57,128 nt of DNA from contig JAFGAY010000350.1 of assembly GCA_016933425.1 (NCBI GenBank), positions 1-57,128 of the forward strand, read 5' to 3'. The notes beneath the pieces are model-generated. The model was not told where the DNA came from, searched no databases, and saw nothing but the letters and a program-made list of their open reading frames with translations. This stretch comes from Pirellulales bacterium. GTDB taxonomy: Bacteria; Planctomycetota; Planctomycetia; Pirellulales; Thermoguttaceae. The position numbers and the translations under genes were made by a program. Shown piece by piece: positions 19,737 through 27,899 of this stretch (positions are counted from its first letter, which is position 1; each line of letters begins with the position of its first letter).

Positions 19737-19848
19737 GCTATATTCCTTTGGCCGATAGGACGTCCGCGGCGGGAGCCTTTGGGCGGAGCCATAATTGAAC
19801 TAGACTGTAACGAAACCGGAAAGCAATCCTACCCGTTCGGAGGTTATC

Positions 19849-20703
19849 ATGCGTCATCCAAAGCGTTCGGCGGTTGTCCTGTGCTCGCTGCTGGCCGGCG
19901 TGCTCGTGGGAGGCGCATTCGCGGCCGCCGTTTTTTCGAGTCCCGCGCCGGCTTGGGCTCAGGCCGACAACGCGGCGAACGACGCCGACGCCTCCGGCGA
20001 GGAGCTGGCGCTTGAGATGCCCGTCGACGCCGCCACGCCGCCGGCCGACGCTGAGGAAAGCCCTCCGGAAGAGAAGAGCTATCTCCAGTGGATGGCCGAG
20101 TCGCTGGGTGTTTCCTACAGCATCGTGTTTCTGGCCATTTCGTTCACGCTCGTTTCGCTGTTGGTGATGAACATTCTGACCGCGCGGCGCGAATCGCTGT
20201 TGCCCACCGCGCTGGTCGAAAACTTCGAGAGCCTGCTGAACGAGGAAAAATATCAAGAGGCCTATGAGCGGGCCAAGAGCGACGAGTCGATGTTGGGCCA
20301 GGTCCTCTCGGCCGGTCTGGCCAAATTGTCGCGCGGCTACAACGAGGCCATCGAGGCGATGCAGGAGACGGGCGAGGAAGAAAACATGAAGCTGGAGCAC
20401 CGTCTGAGCTATATCGCTTTGATCGGCACGGTCAGCCCCATGATCGGCCTGCTCGGCACAGTCCAGGGAATGATCGCCTCGTTCCAGGTCATCGCCACCA
20501 GCGCGACGGCCCCCAAGGCAGCCCAACTGGCCGAAGGAATCGCGACCGCGTTGTTCACAACCCTGGTCGGACTAATGATCGCCATTCCGGCCATCGCCGC
20601 GTACAACATCCTCCGCAACCGGATCGCCCGGCTCGTGCTCGAAGTGGGCATCCTCAGCGAGGACTTGATGAGCCGGTTTTCCAACGTCGGTGCAAAAAAG
20701 TAG
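19849..20703 (+). CDS. exbB: MotA/TolQ/ExbB proton-channel family protein
   Basis: C-terminal LSYIALIGTVSPMIGLLGTVQGMIASF ... AEGIATALFTTLVGLMIAIPAIAAYN. N-terminal signal peptide and acidic extension. Confidence 0.85.
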   Translation: MRHPKRSAVVLCSLLAGVLVGGAFAAAVFSSPAPAWAQADNAANDADASGEELALEMPVDAATPPADAEESPPEEKSYLQWMAESLGVSYSIVFLAISFTLVSLLVMNILTARRESLLPTALVENFESLLNEEKYQEAYERAKSDESMLGQVLSAGLAKLSRGYNEAIEAMQETGEEENMKLEHRLSYIALIGTVSPMIGLLGTVQGMIASFQVIATSATAPKAAQLAEGIATALFTTLVGLMIAIPAIAAYNILRNRIARLVLEVGILSEDLMSRFSNVGAKK

Positions 20704-20725
20704 GCCGGGTCGCGACCCGGCCAGC

Positions 20726-20850
20726 GTAGGTCAGGCTGTGCCTGACAGCACCATGGTTAATAAGACGATTTGATTTTTCGTTAAATGTCAGGCATAGCCT
20801 GACCTACGGAAGAAGTTAAATGTCAGGCATAGCCTGACCTACGGAAGAAG
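20726..20850. repeat. REP-A palindromic elements (GTAGGTCAGGC-N3-4-GCCTGACA): one forward copy plus a perfect 35-bp tandem duplication carrying two reverse copies
   Basis: GTAGGTCAGGCTGTGCCTGACA is at 20726-20747. TTAAATGTCAGGCATAGCCTGACCTACGGAAGAAG is at 20781-20815 and repeats exactly at 20816-20850. A separate GC palindrome, GGCCGGGTCGCGACCCGGCC, is at 20703-20722. Confidence 0.9.
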
Positions 20851-20859
20851 TTATACGCC

Positions 20860-21303
20860 ATGCGTTTTCGTTCTCGACATTCCGCCGCCGTTGCCGATGG
20901 CGACATGACGCCCATGATCGACATGGCGTTTCAGCTCATCGCGTTTTTCATGGTGGTGATCAATTTCGCGGGAGCCAACCAGGACGAACGCATCCATTTA
21001 CCCCTGAGCGAGTTGGCCAAGCCGCCCGAGGCGCCGTTTGAGCTTCCCATCACTCTCCAGCTCGACGCCCAGGGCATGGTGATTGTCGCCGGCGAGATGA
21101 TTCCCGTGGCCCGCGTCAAACCGCTCCTGCGCCGCGAGCGGGAATTCATAGAATACCGCGGCGGCAAGCCGTCCGAAGCCACCATCATCATCCGCGCCGA
21201 TGCCCGCGCCCGAACCGGGCTGGTCCAAGAGCTGATCAAGGCGTGCCAGGACACGGGCTACGAGAAATTCGCGGTGGCCGCGAAGCAGCAGGAAGAGGAC
21301 TGA
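20860..21303 (+). CDS. exbD: ExbD/TolR family biopolymer transport protein
   Basis: MTPMIDMAFQLIAFFMVV anchor followed by a periplasmic domain. Confidence 0.85.
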   Translation: MRFRSRHSAAVADGDMTPMIDMAFQLIAFFMVVINFAGANQDERIHLPLSELAKPPEAPFELPITLQLDAQGMVIVAGEMIPVARVKPLLRREREFIEYRGGKPSEATIIIRADARARTGLVQELIKACQDTGYEKFAVAAKQQEED

Positions 21304-21306
21304 CCG

Positions 21307-21801
21307 ATGAGAATCCGTAACGTCGGCCGCCGCCAGGAACCGATCCGACTGATGATGACGCCGATGATCGACATCGTCTTCCTGCTGTTGATTTTCTTCA
21401 TTATGACGTTCAAAATCGTATCGCCCGAGGGCGACTTCAACATCCGCATGCCCGCCGAGGCTCCCGCGGCGCGCGATCCGGGCATTCTCATGATTCCTCC
21501 GCTGAAGGTGCGTCTGACGGCCGACCGCAACGGTGGTTTGACGGGTGTTTACCTGGGCGAGGCGCGCATGGCCGACGCCGCTCCGTTCGAGGAATTGCGC
21601 GAGCGCATCATGCAAATCGTGGGCGACGACGCGGGCCCCGGCTCGGCAGTCGAGGACTCCGAGGTCGAACTCGATTGCGACTACAACCTCCGGTTCGAGT
21701 ACGCGATCGACGCAATTACGGCCGTTTCGGGCAAAATCCGGCACGGCGAAATCATCAAGCTCATCGACAAGATCCGCTTCGCCCCGCCGCGCTCCCAGTA
21801 G
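21307..21801 (+). CDS. exbD: ExbD/TolR family biopolymer transport protein (second copy)
   Basis: MMTPMIDIVFLLLIFFIM anchor. Starts 3 nt after the previous gene. Confidence 0.8.
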   Translation: MRIRNVGRRQEPIRLMMTPMIDIVFLLLIFFIMTFKIVSPEGDFNIRMPAEAPAARDPGILMIPPLKVRLTADRNGGLTGVYLGEARMADAAPFEELRERIMQIVGDDAGPGSAVEDSEVELDCDYNLRFEYAIDAITAVSGKIRHGEIIKLIDKIRFAPPRSQ

Positions 21802-21985
21802 GGACCTCGCTTCCGCGAGCCGCGAGCGAGTCTTCTGCAAAACGGCATGGCCCGGCCACCCGGGTGTGGGCATGGTTGCCCGGTCCCCTCGATCCGTCTA
21901 TACTGAGGGTTCCGAACCCCGGTCGATCCGCGTCAATAAGCGAGGCCGGCCGCCGCATGTTACCTGATAGTGTTCTGGGATTCCG

Positions 21986-24628
21986 ATGCCGCCATCCCCT
22001 AGTTCCCCGCCTATTTCTTGGAATGTTCATCGCGAATCGTTGGACGACTTGCGCCGCATGGCCGACGAGTTGTCGCTCGATATTCCGCTGGCCGAAGACG
22101 TGTCGATTCTTGCCGAGCCCGTCTCGGTTGGTTCGTTCACGACGCCCAATTCGCTGGCCGTCCATCCAATGGAAGGCTGCGACGGCGACTCGCGGGGACG
22201 TCCCGGACTGCTGACCGAGCGGCGTTATCTCCGGTTTGCCCGGGGCGGGGCGGGCCTGATCTGGGCTGAAGCCACGGCCGTCGTGCCCGAGGGCCGCGCC
22301 AATCCCCGCCAGCTCTGGCTGAACGACGAAAGCGTCGAGGCGATTGGCCGCCTGGTCCAGGAGACTCGCGCGGCCGCCGCTGAGCGATTCGGCGAAGCGC
22401 ACCGGCCGCTGGTGGTCGCCCAACTGACCCACTCCGGCCGATATTCGCGTCCCGGTCCCCAGCGTCATCCGTTGATCCCCGCGCACGATCCCTATCGCGA
22501 CGCGCGCATGAACCTGCCCGACGATTGGCCCGTGCTAACCGACGACGATCTCGATCGGTTGCCCGACGCCTATGCCCGGGCAGCCGTGATGGCCTTTGAC
22601 GCGGGATTCGACGCGGTCGACATCAAGGCGTGCCACGGCTATTTGTTCAACGAGGTGCTGGGCTGCCACACGCGGCCGGGCAAGTACGGCGGCTCGTTTG
22701 AGAACCGCGTCCGGTTGATGCTCGACACGGTGGATCGGGTGCGGGCGGCCGTGGGGCCCGACCGCATGATCACCAGCCGGCTGGGCGTCTACGACGCGGT
22801 CGCCCATCCCTACGGCTGGGCCGTCGATCGCGACGACCCGGCGCGGCCCGACTTGTCGGAGCCCCTGCGACTGATCCAAATGCTCGTCGAGCGCGGCGTT
22901 GGGCTGTTGAATGTGACGATGGGCAATCCTTATTACGAACCGCACGTCAACCGTCCGTTCGATCAGCCGGTGGTCGGCGGCTATGCGCCGCCCGAACACC
23001 CATTGGTCGGCGTCGCGCGAATGATCGGGCTGGCCTCGCAAATTCAACGGGCGTTTCCCTCCCTGGCGGTCGTCGGCACGGGATATAGTTGGCTCCGCGG
23101 GCTGATGCCCTACGTGGCGGCCGGGGCCAAGGCGTCGGGCATGGTCACTTTCGCCGGGGCGGGCCGCATGGCCTTCGCCTATCCCGACTTCGCCGCCGAC
23201 ATCGTCCGCGCCGGCCGGCTCGATCCCGAGCGTGTCTGCATCAATTGCAGCGCATGCACTCAGATCATGCGCGACGGCGGAACGACCGGATGCGTGGTCC
23301 GCGACGCCGAGGTCTACGGGCCCATTTATGCCCGGGGACGATTGGGCAATCGCGACTACCTGGCGCAGTTGGCCGGCGCGTGCCGCGGGTGCAACGATCC
23401 GACGTGCCGCCAGGCGTGTCCGGCGGGCATCGAAATTCCGCAATTCATCCGCCTGTTTCTCGAAGGCAAGGAGCAGGAAGCCTACGAGGTGATTCGCCGG
23501 TCGAACGTGTTTCCGGAAACGTGCGCCTACTTGTGTCCCGTCGAAACGCAGTGCCAGGGGCATTGCCTGGAAAACTTTCTCGGAACGGCCGTGCCGATCG
23601 CCGCCGTCCAGCGCTATCTGGCCGAAAAGGCCAATAGCGAAGGCTGGTCGCGGATTCGCGTGCCGGTCGAGGCTTCCGGCCGCCGCGTTGCCGTGGTCGG
23701 CGCCGGGCCGGCCGGTCTGGCCTGCGCCGCCGTGCTGCTGGAGGCCGGCCACCGCGTGGTCGTTTTCGACCGCGAGGATCGACTCGGCGGCATGATCAAT
23801 CGGGCCATTCCGGCCGATCGCGTGGGCGATTCGCTCGCCCGAGAGATTGCCGCCTTGTTCGACCAGGTTCCCGAGGACCGGTTCGCTTTCCGCCCCCGCG
23901 TCGGGCTCGACGAACAGTTCACGGTGGATCATCTGTTCGACCAGGGATTCGACGCGGTGTTTCTCGGCATGGGCCTGCCGGGCGCGCTGGCCGCGACCTC
24001 CCAGCGGCTCGAAGGGTTGACCGACGGCCTGGCATTTCTCGAGGCGGCCAAGGAACCCGGCGCGGCGGGGCTCCGCGGACGGCGCGTGGCCGTCGTCGGG
24101 GGCGGCAACACGGCCATGGACGCCGCTGTGACCGCCAAGCGGCTGGGAGCCGAGGACGTCTATCTCGTCTACCGCCGGTCGTTCGCCGAAATGCCCGCCT
24201 GGCCCAAGGAACGCGACCGCGCCCTGACGGCCGGCGTTCATTTTTTGATCCTCAACGACGTGGCCGGCTACGTCGACCAGAACGGCCGCTTGACCGGAGT
24301 TCGCCTTTGCCCGACCGAGTTGGGCGAGCCCGACGCCTCGGGCCGGCGGCGACCCGTGGCTTTACCCGATCAGGCATACACGTTGAAAATGGACCTGGTC
24401 GTCGAGGCGATTGGCCAGGCGCCGCCGGCCGAATTGCGCGAGGCGCTTCCGGGCGTCGAGTTGTGCGACGGCCGAATCGCCCGCCGCCCGGCAAGCTGCC
24501 AAACGACGCGCGATCGTGTGTTTGTCGGCGGCGACATCCAACACGGCGCCGCCACGGTCGTGGCCGCCGTGGCCGACGGAATGCGCGCCGCCCGCGAAAT
24601 GTGCGCCACCGTCCTGGCCCGCGACTAA
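21986..24628 (+). CDS. fusion flavoenzyme: OYE/FadH-like NADH:flavin oxidoreductase TIM barrel + Fe-S segments + GltD-like FAD/NAD(P) domains
   Basis: N-terminal OYE-like part (THSGRY; GFDAVDIKACHGYLFNEVL). Cys cluster CINCSACTQIMRDGGTTGC. GltD/DPD-type segment CRGCNDPTCRQACPAGIEIPQFI...ETCAYLCPVETQCQGHC. Two Rossmann motifs, VAVVGAGPAGLACA and VAVVGGGNTAMDAA. Confidence 0.8.
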   Translation: MPPSPSSPPISWNVHRESLDDLRRMADELSLDIPLAEDVSILAEPVSVGSFTTPNSLAVHPMEGCDGDSRGRPGLLTERRYLRFARGGAGLIWAEATAVVPEGRANPRQLWLNDESVEAIGRLVQETRAAAAERFGEAHRPLVVAQLTHSGRYSRPGPQRHPLIPAHDPYRDARMNLPDDWPVLTDDDLDRLPDAYARAAVMAFDAGFDAVDIKACHGYLFNEVLGCHTRPGKYGGSFENRVRLMLDTVDRVRAAVGPDRMITSRLGVYDAVAHPYGWAVDRDDPARPDLSEPLRLIQMLVERGVGLLNVTMGNPYYEPHVNRPFDQPVVGGYAPPEHPLVGVARMIGLASQIQRAFPSLAVVGTGYSWLRGLMPYVAAGAKASGMVTFAGAGRMAFAYPDFAADIVRAGRLDPERVCINCSACTQIMRDGGTTGCVVRDAEVYGPIYARGRLGNRDYLAQLAGACRGCNDPTCRQACPAGIEIPQFIRLFLEGKEQEAYEVIRRSNVFPETCAYLCPVETQCQGHCLENFLGTAVPIAAVQRYLAEKANSEGWSRIRVPVEASGRRVAVVGAGPAGLACAAVLLEAGHRVVVFDREDRLGGMINRAIPADRVGDSLAREIAALFDQVPEDRFAFRPRVGLDEQFTVDHLFDQGFDAVFLGMGLPGALAATSQRLEGLTDGLAFLEAAKEPGAAGLRGRRVAVVGGGNTAMDAAVTAKRLGAEDVYLVYRRSFAEMPAWPKERDRALTAGVHFLILNDVAGYVDQNGRLTGVRLCPTELGEPDASGRRRPVALPDQAYTLKMDLVVEAIGQAPPAELREALPGVELCDGRIARRPASCQTTRDRVFVGGDIQHGAATVVAAVADGMRAAREMCATVLARD

Positions 24629-24736
24629 CGGAGGCCGGATCACGCGACCCGGCTAATGGGAAAGGGGCCATGCGACAAAATCGCCGGGTTGCGACCCGGC
24701 TTACACCCACGCATCACGGGAGGTAAAAAAATCATC

Positions 24737-25516
24737 ATGGAATCGAACCGACCGGTTGCCCTGGTCACGGGCGGATGCCGCGGGATTGGACGAGCCATCG
24801 CCGCTGCGATGGCCCGGCTCGGCATGAACGTGGCCGTTGCCGATTGGGCCGAGGAAGACGCCTCGGCCGAGGTCAAATCGCTGGTCGCCGGCGCGGGGGT
24901 CGAGTTCCTCTTCGTCCGCACCGACGTGGCCAACGCCGACGACCGCGGCCACCTGGTCGAAACGCTCAAAACGACCTGGGGACGCTGCGATTTGCTGGTC
25001 AACAACGCGGGCGTGGCCCCGCTGGTGCGGAGCGACCTGCTCGAAGCCACCGAGGAGAGCTTCGATCGGGTAATGAGCATCAATCTGAAGGGGCCATACT
25101 TCCTCACTCAGAAAATCGCCAACTGGATGATCGAACAGCGGCGCGAGCACCCCGATCGCAAACCGCGCATCGTGAACACGGGCTCGATCTCGGCCTACAC
25201 GAGTTCGCCCGGCCGCGGCGAGTATTGTCTCTCGAAAGCGGGCGTGGCTATGATGACGGCGCTTTATGCCGACCGTCTGGCCGAGCACGGAATCGGGGTC
25301 TTCGAGATTCGGCCCGGCATCATCGCCACCGACATGACCTCAACTGTCAAGGAAAAATACGACGCGTTGATTGCCGGAGGGCTGACGCCCATCCGCCGCT
25401 GGGGCACGCCCGAGGACGTCGCCCAAGTCGTGGTCGCCATCGCCGAGGGCCGACTCGACTTCTCGACCGGCCAGGCCATCGGCGTCGACGGCGGTTTCCA
25501 AATCCGCCGGCTGTAA
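24737..25516 (+). CDS. short-chain dehydrogenase/reductase (FabG-like)
   Basis: ORF 24656..25516 trimmed to ATG 24737, with GGGAGG upstream. VALVTGGCRGIGRAIA, NNAG, and YCLSK (YxxxK). Confidence 0.85.
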   Translation: MESNRPVALVTGGCRGIGRAIAAAMARLGMNVAVADWAEEDASAEVKSLVAGAGVEFLFVRTDVANADDRGHLVETLKTTWGRCDLLVNNAGVAPLVRSDLLEATEESFDRVMSINLKGPYFLTQKIANWMIEQRREHPDRKPRIVNTGSISAYTSSPGRGEYCLSKAGVAMMTALYADRLAEHGIGVFEIRPGIIATDMTSTVKEKYDALIAGGLTPIRRWGTPEDVAQVVVAIAEGRLDFSTGQAIGVDGGFQIRRL

Positions 25517-25528
25517 TCAGAAAATCAC

Positions 25529-25644
25529 GTAGGTCAGGCACGCCGTGCCTGACAAAACCAACATCGCAATCAAACACCAACATCGTTGACCGTGTTGCGA
25601 TTGAAAACGTCAGGCCATTGTCAGGCACGGTGTGCCTGACCTAC
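25529..25644. repeat. REP-A inverted pair flanking a 64-nt spacer
   Basis: GTAGGTCAGGCACGCCGTGCCTGACA (25529-25554) and TGTCAGGCACGGTGTGCCTGACCTAC (25619-25644). Confidence 0.9.
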
Positions 25645-25674
25645 ATTTCAAAAATCCCAGATTCCCTTTATGCC

Positions 25675-27711
25675 ATGCCCAATTTCGACGCAGCCCGACC
25701 GATTGTTTCCCGCCATCGCCATGCCGCGTTGATCGTCGGCGCCGGTGCGGCCGGGATGAATTGTGCCGTTCACCTGTATGAATTTCTCCGCGAGGCCGGC
25801 GTGGAGAATCCCGAACAGCGCATCGCCGTTCTTACCCGGGGTGTTCCCCTGGGCGCCTCGCGGATGAGCGGTTCGGACAAGCAGACGTATTACAAGATGG
25901 GCACGTCGGCCGACACGGCCGACAGCGCGGCCGACTTCGCCCGAAGCCTAACGGCCGGCGGCTGCGCCCACGAAGACCTGGCGTTGATCGAGGGCATCGG
26001 TTCGCTCCGCGAGTTTTACCATCTGGTCCGCGCCGGCGTTCCCTTTCCGCACGATTCGCTGGGCTCTTACGTCGGCTACAAAACCGACCACGACCCCTAC
26101 GAGCGCGCCACGTCGGCCGGGCCGAAAACCAGCCGCATGATGAGCGAATGCCTCCAGCGCGAGGTCGAGGCCCGCGGAATCGCCGTTTTCGACCGCCAGG
26201 AGGTTGCCTCGCTGGTCGCGGTGGGCGAGGGCCCGGCGAAGCGCGTCGCGGCCGTGATCGCCGTCGACGCCCGGGCGCTCCAGCAAGGCGAGCTTCGCGT
26301 CAACGTGTTCCAGTGCGCCAACCTTATTCTGGCCGCCGGCGGTCCCGGCGCGCTCTATGAAACCACGGTCTATCCCGAGGGCCAGATCGGACTGCACGGC
26401 TTGGCGCTGGCCGCGGGACTGGCCGCCGAAAACCTGACCGAATTGCAATTCGGCATGGCCAGCACGAAATTCCGATGGAACGTCTCGGGCACCTACATGC
26501 AGGCGATTCCGCGGATCGTCAGCACCGACGCCGAGGGGAACGATCCTCGCGAGTTCCTCGCCGATTCGTTCCCGACGATGTCGCGACTGGCCACGGCCAC
26601 GTTTCTCAAGGGCTACCAGTGGCCGTTTGATCCCCAGCGGGTGACCGATCACCAGTCGTCGTTGATCGACGTGCTGGTTTCGCAAGAAACCCGGCGAGGG
26701 CGGCGCGTGTTTCTCGATTTTCGCGCCAATCCCGAGGGAAACGACGCCATTGGTCGATTCGCCATCGAGGATCTAGAGCCCGAGGCGCTCGACTACCTCG
26801 CGGCCAACGCCGCGCTTCAGTCGCGGCCCATCGAGCGGCTGGCCCACATGAATCCTCCGGCCATCGACATTTACACCGAGCACGGCATCGACCTGTGGAA
26901 CGAGCCGCTGGAAATCGCCGTTTGCGCCCAGCACAACAACGGCGGCCTGGCCGTCAACCGGTGGTGGGAATCGTCGATTCCCCACACGTTCGTCATCGGC
27001 GAAATGGCCGGCACCCACGGCGTCAAACGCCCCGGCGGCTCGGCGCTCAACGCCGGCCAGGTCGGCGGGCTGCGGGCAGCCCAATACATCGCCCGGGTCC
27101 ACGGCGCCGAACTCCCCGACGAGGCGTTCGGCGGCGAGGCGATTGCCGCGCGGCTCGACGCGCTGGGACGCAAGTGGAGCCAATGGTTCGGCCACAGCGC
27201 CCCACGGACCGGCGACGACGTGCTCCGCGAAATCCAGCACCGCATGACGGCCTTCGGCGGTCCCATGCGACGCCGCGACGCGGCCGCCTGTGCGCTGGCC
27301 GACGCCGTCGCGCTGGTCGAGCGGCTCGGGTCCGAGGGGCTTCGGGTCGAGGAGCCCGGCCGTTTGCCCGAGGCGATCCAGGCCGAGCATCTTGCCTTGG
27401 CCAGCGTCGCTTTTCTCAAGGCGGTCGTGGCCCTGTTGGAGCAAGGAGCCGGCTCGCGAGGGTCGTTCCTCGTGTTGGACGACGACGGTCGGACCATCCA
27501 CCCCAACGCGCTCGACGACGACGGCCGACCGATGCGATATCGGCCCGAGAACGAGTCGCTCCGTGAGTCGATCGTGCGTGTGACGGCCGATGCCCAATCG
27601 CCCGACGGATTCCGTTGCGAAACCATTCCAGTCCGCAAGCTCATCCGCAAGTCCAAGGCTTTTGAGGCCGCCTGGCGCGACTACCGCGAGGCCAAAATCT
27701 ACGAGGAGTAG
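25675..27711 (+). CDS. FAD-dependent oxidoreductase, SdhA/FrdA/NadB flavoprotein family (no partner subunits adjacent)
   Basis: In-frame ATG 25675 inside track ORF 24775..27711. ALIVGAGAAGMNCA, AQHNNGGL, IGEMAGTHGVKRPGGSALNAGQV. C-terminal helical domain ending GAGSRGSF. Confidence 0.8.
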   Translation: MPNFDAARPIVSRHRHAALIVGAGAAGMNCAVHLYEFLREAGVENPEQRIAVLTRGVPLGASRMSGSDKQTYYKMGTSADTADSAADFARSLTAGGCAHEDLALIEGIGSLREFYHLVRAGVPFPHDSLGSYVGYKTDHDPYERATSAGPKTSRMMSECLQREVEARGIAVFDRQEVASLVAVGEGPAKRVAAVIAVDARALQQGELRVNVFQCANLILAAGGPGALYETTVYPEGQIGLHGLALAAGLAAENLTELQFGMASTKFRWNVSGTYMQAIPRIVSTDAEGNDPREFLADSFPTMSRLATATFLKGYQWPFDPQRVTDHQSSLIDVLVSQETRRGRRVFLDFRANPEGNDAIGRFAIEDLEPEALDYLAANAALQSRPIERLAHMNPPAIDIYTEHGIDLWNEPLEIAVCAQHNNGGLAVNRWWESSIPHTFVIGEMAGTHGVKRPGGSALNAGQVGGLRAAQYIARVHGAELPDEAFGGEAIAARLDALGRKWSQWFGHSAPRTGDDVLREIQHRMTAFGGPMRRRDAAACALADAVALVERLGSEGLRVEEPGRLPEAIQAEHLALASVAFLKAVVALLEQGAGSRGSFLVLDDDGRTIHPNALDDDGRPMRYRPENESLRESIVRVTADAQSPDGFRCETIPVRKLIRKSKAFEAAWRDYREAKIYEE

Positions 27712-27725
27712 GTTTATTGGCGTAA

Positions 27726-27867
27726 GAACGTGTTTTGAAATTCGTTTTGGCGACCATGATCCCCACCGGGCTTGCCCCGGTGGAAACAAGGTTTGGCAAC
27801 TACTCGGCCGAGCGGCCCCAACCTGGTTCCGTTTGGCCAAAGCTTCCCATGAATTCCAAACACGTTC
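27726..27867 (+). mobile_element. MITE-like non-coding element, copy 1 (~142 bp, terminal inverted repeats)
   Basis: The left end GAACGTGTTTTGAAATTC (27726-27743) is nearly the reverse complement of the right end GAATTCCAAACACGTTC (27851-27867). Internal hairpin CCACCGGG-CTTG-CCCCGGTGG. The first ~95 nt are nearly identical to 40695-40790. Confidence 0.6.
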
Positions 27868-27899
27868 CGAGCGTGTCGCGCTGCCCGAGCGAAATCGGC

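Noticed and set aside
20781-20850. Possible CRISPR array, because of directly repeated ~22-35-nt palindromic units (also 42889-42977)
   Set aside because: There are only two units with no unique spacers between them (it is a pure tandem duplication). The repeat belongs to the dispersed REP-A family. No cas genes are in the window.
22535-24241. 568-aa ORF antisense to the OYE-GltD fusion gene
   Set aside because: Shadow ORF. The sense frame contains Rossmann and Fe-S motifs.
24775-25674. First 300 codons of the 978-aa track ORF, overlapping the SDR gene in another frame
   Set aside because: This stretch is Arg/Gly/Pro-rich junk that runs through the SDR gene and the REP-A pair. The flavoprotein homology begins only at ATG 25675.
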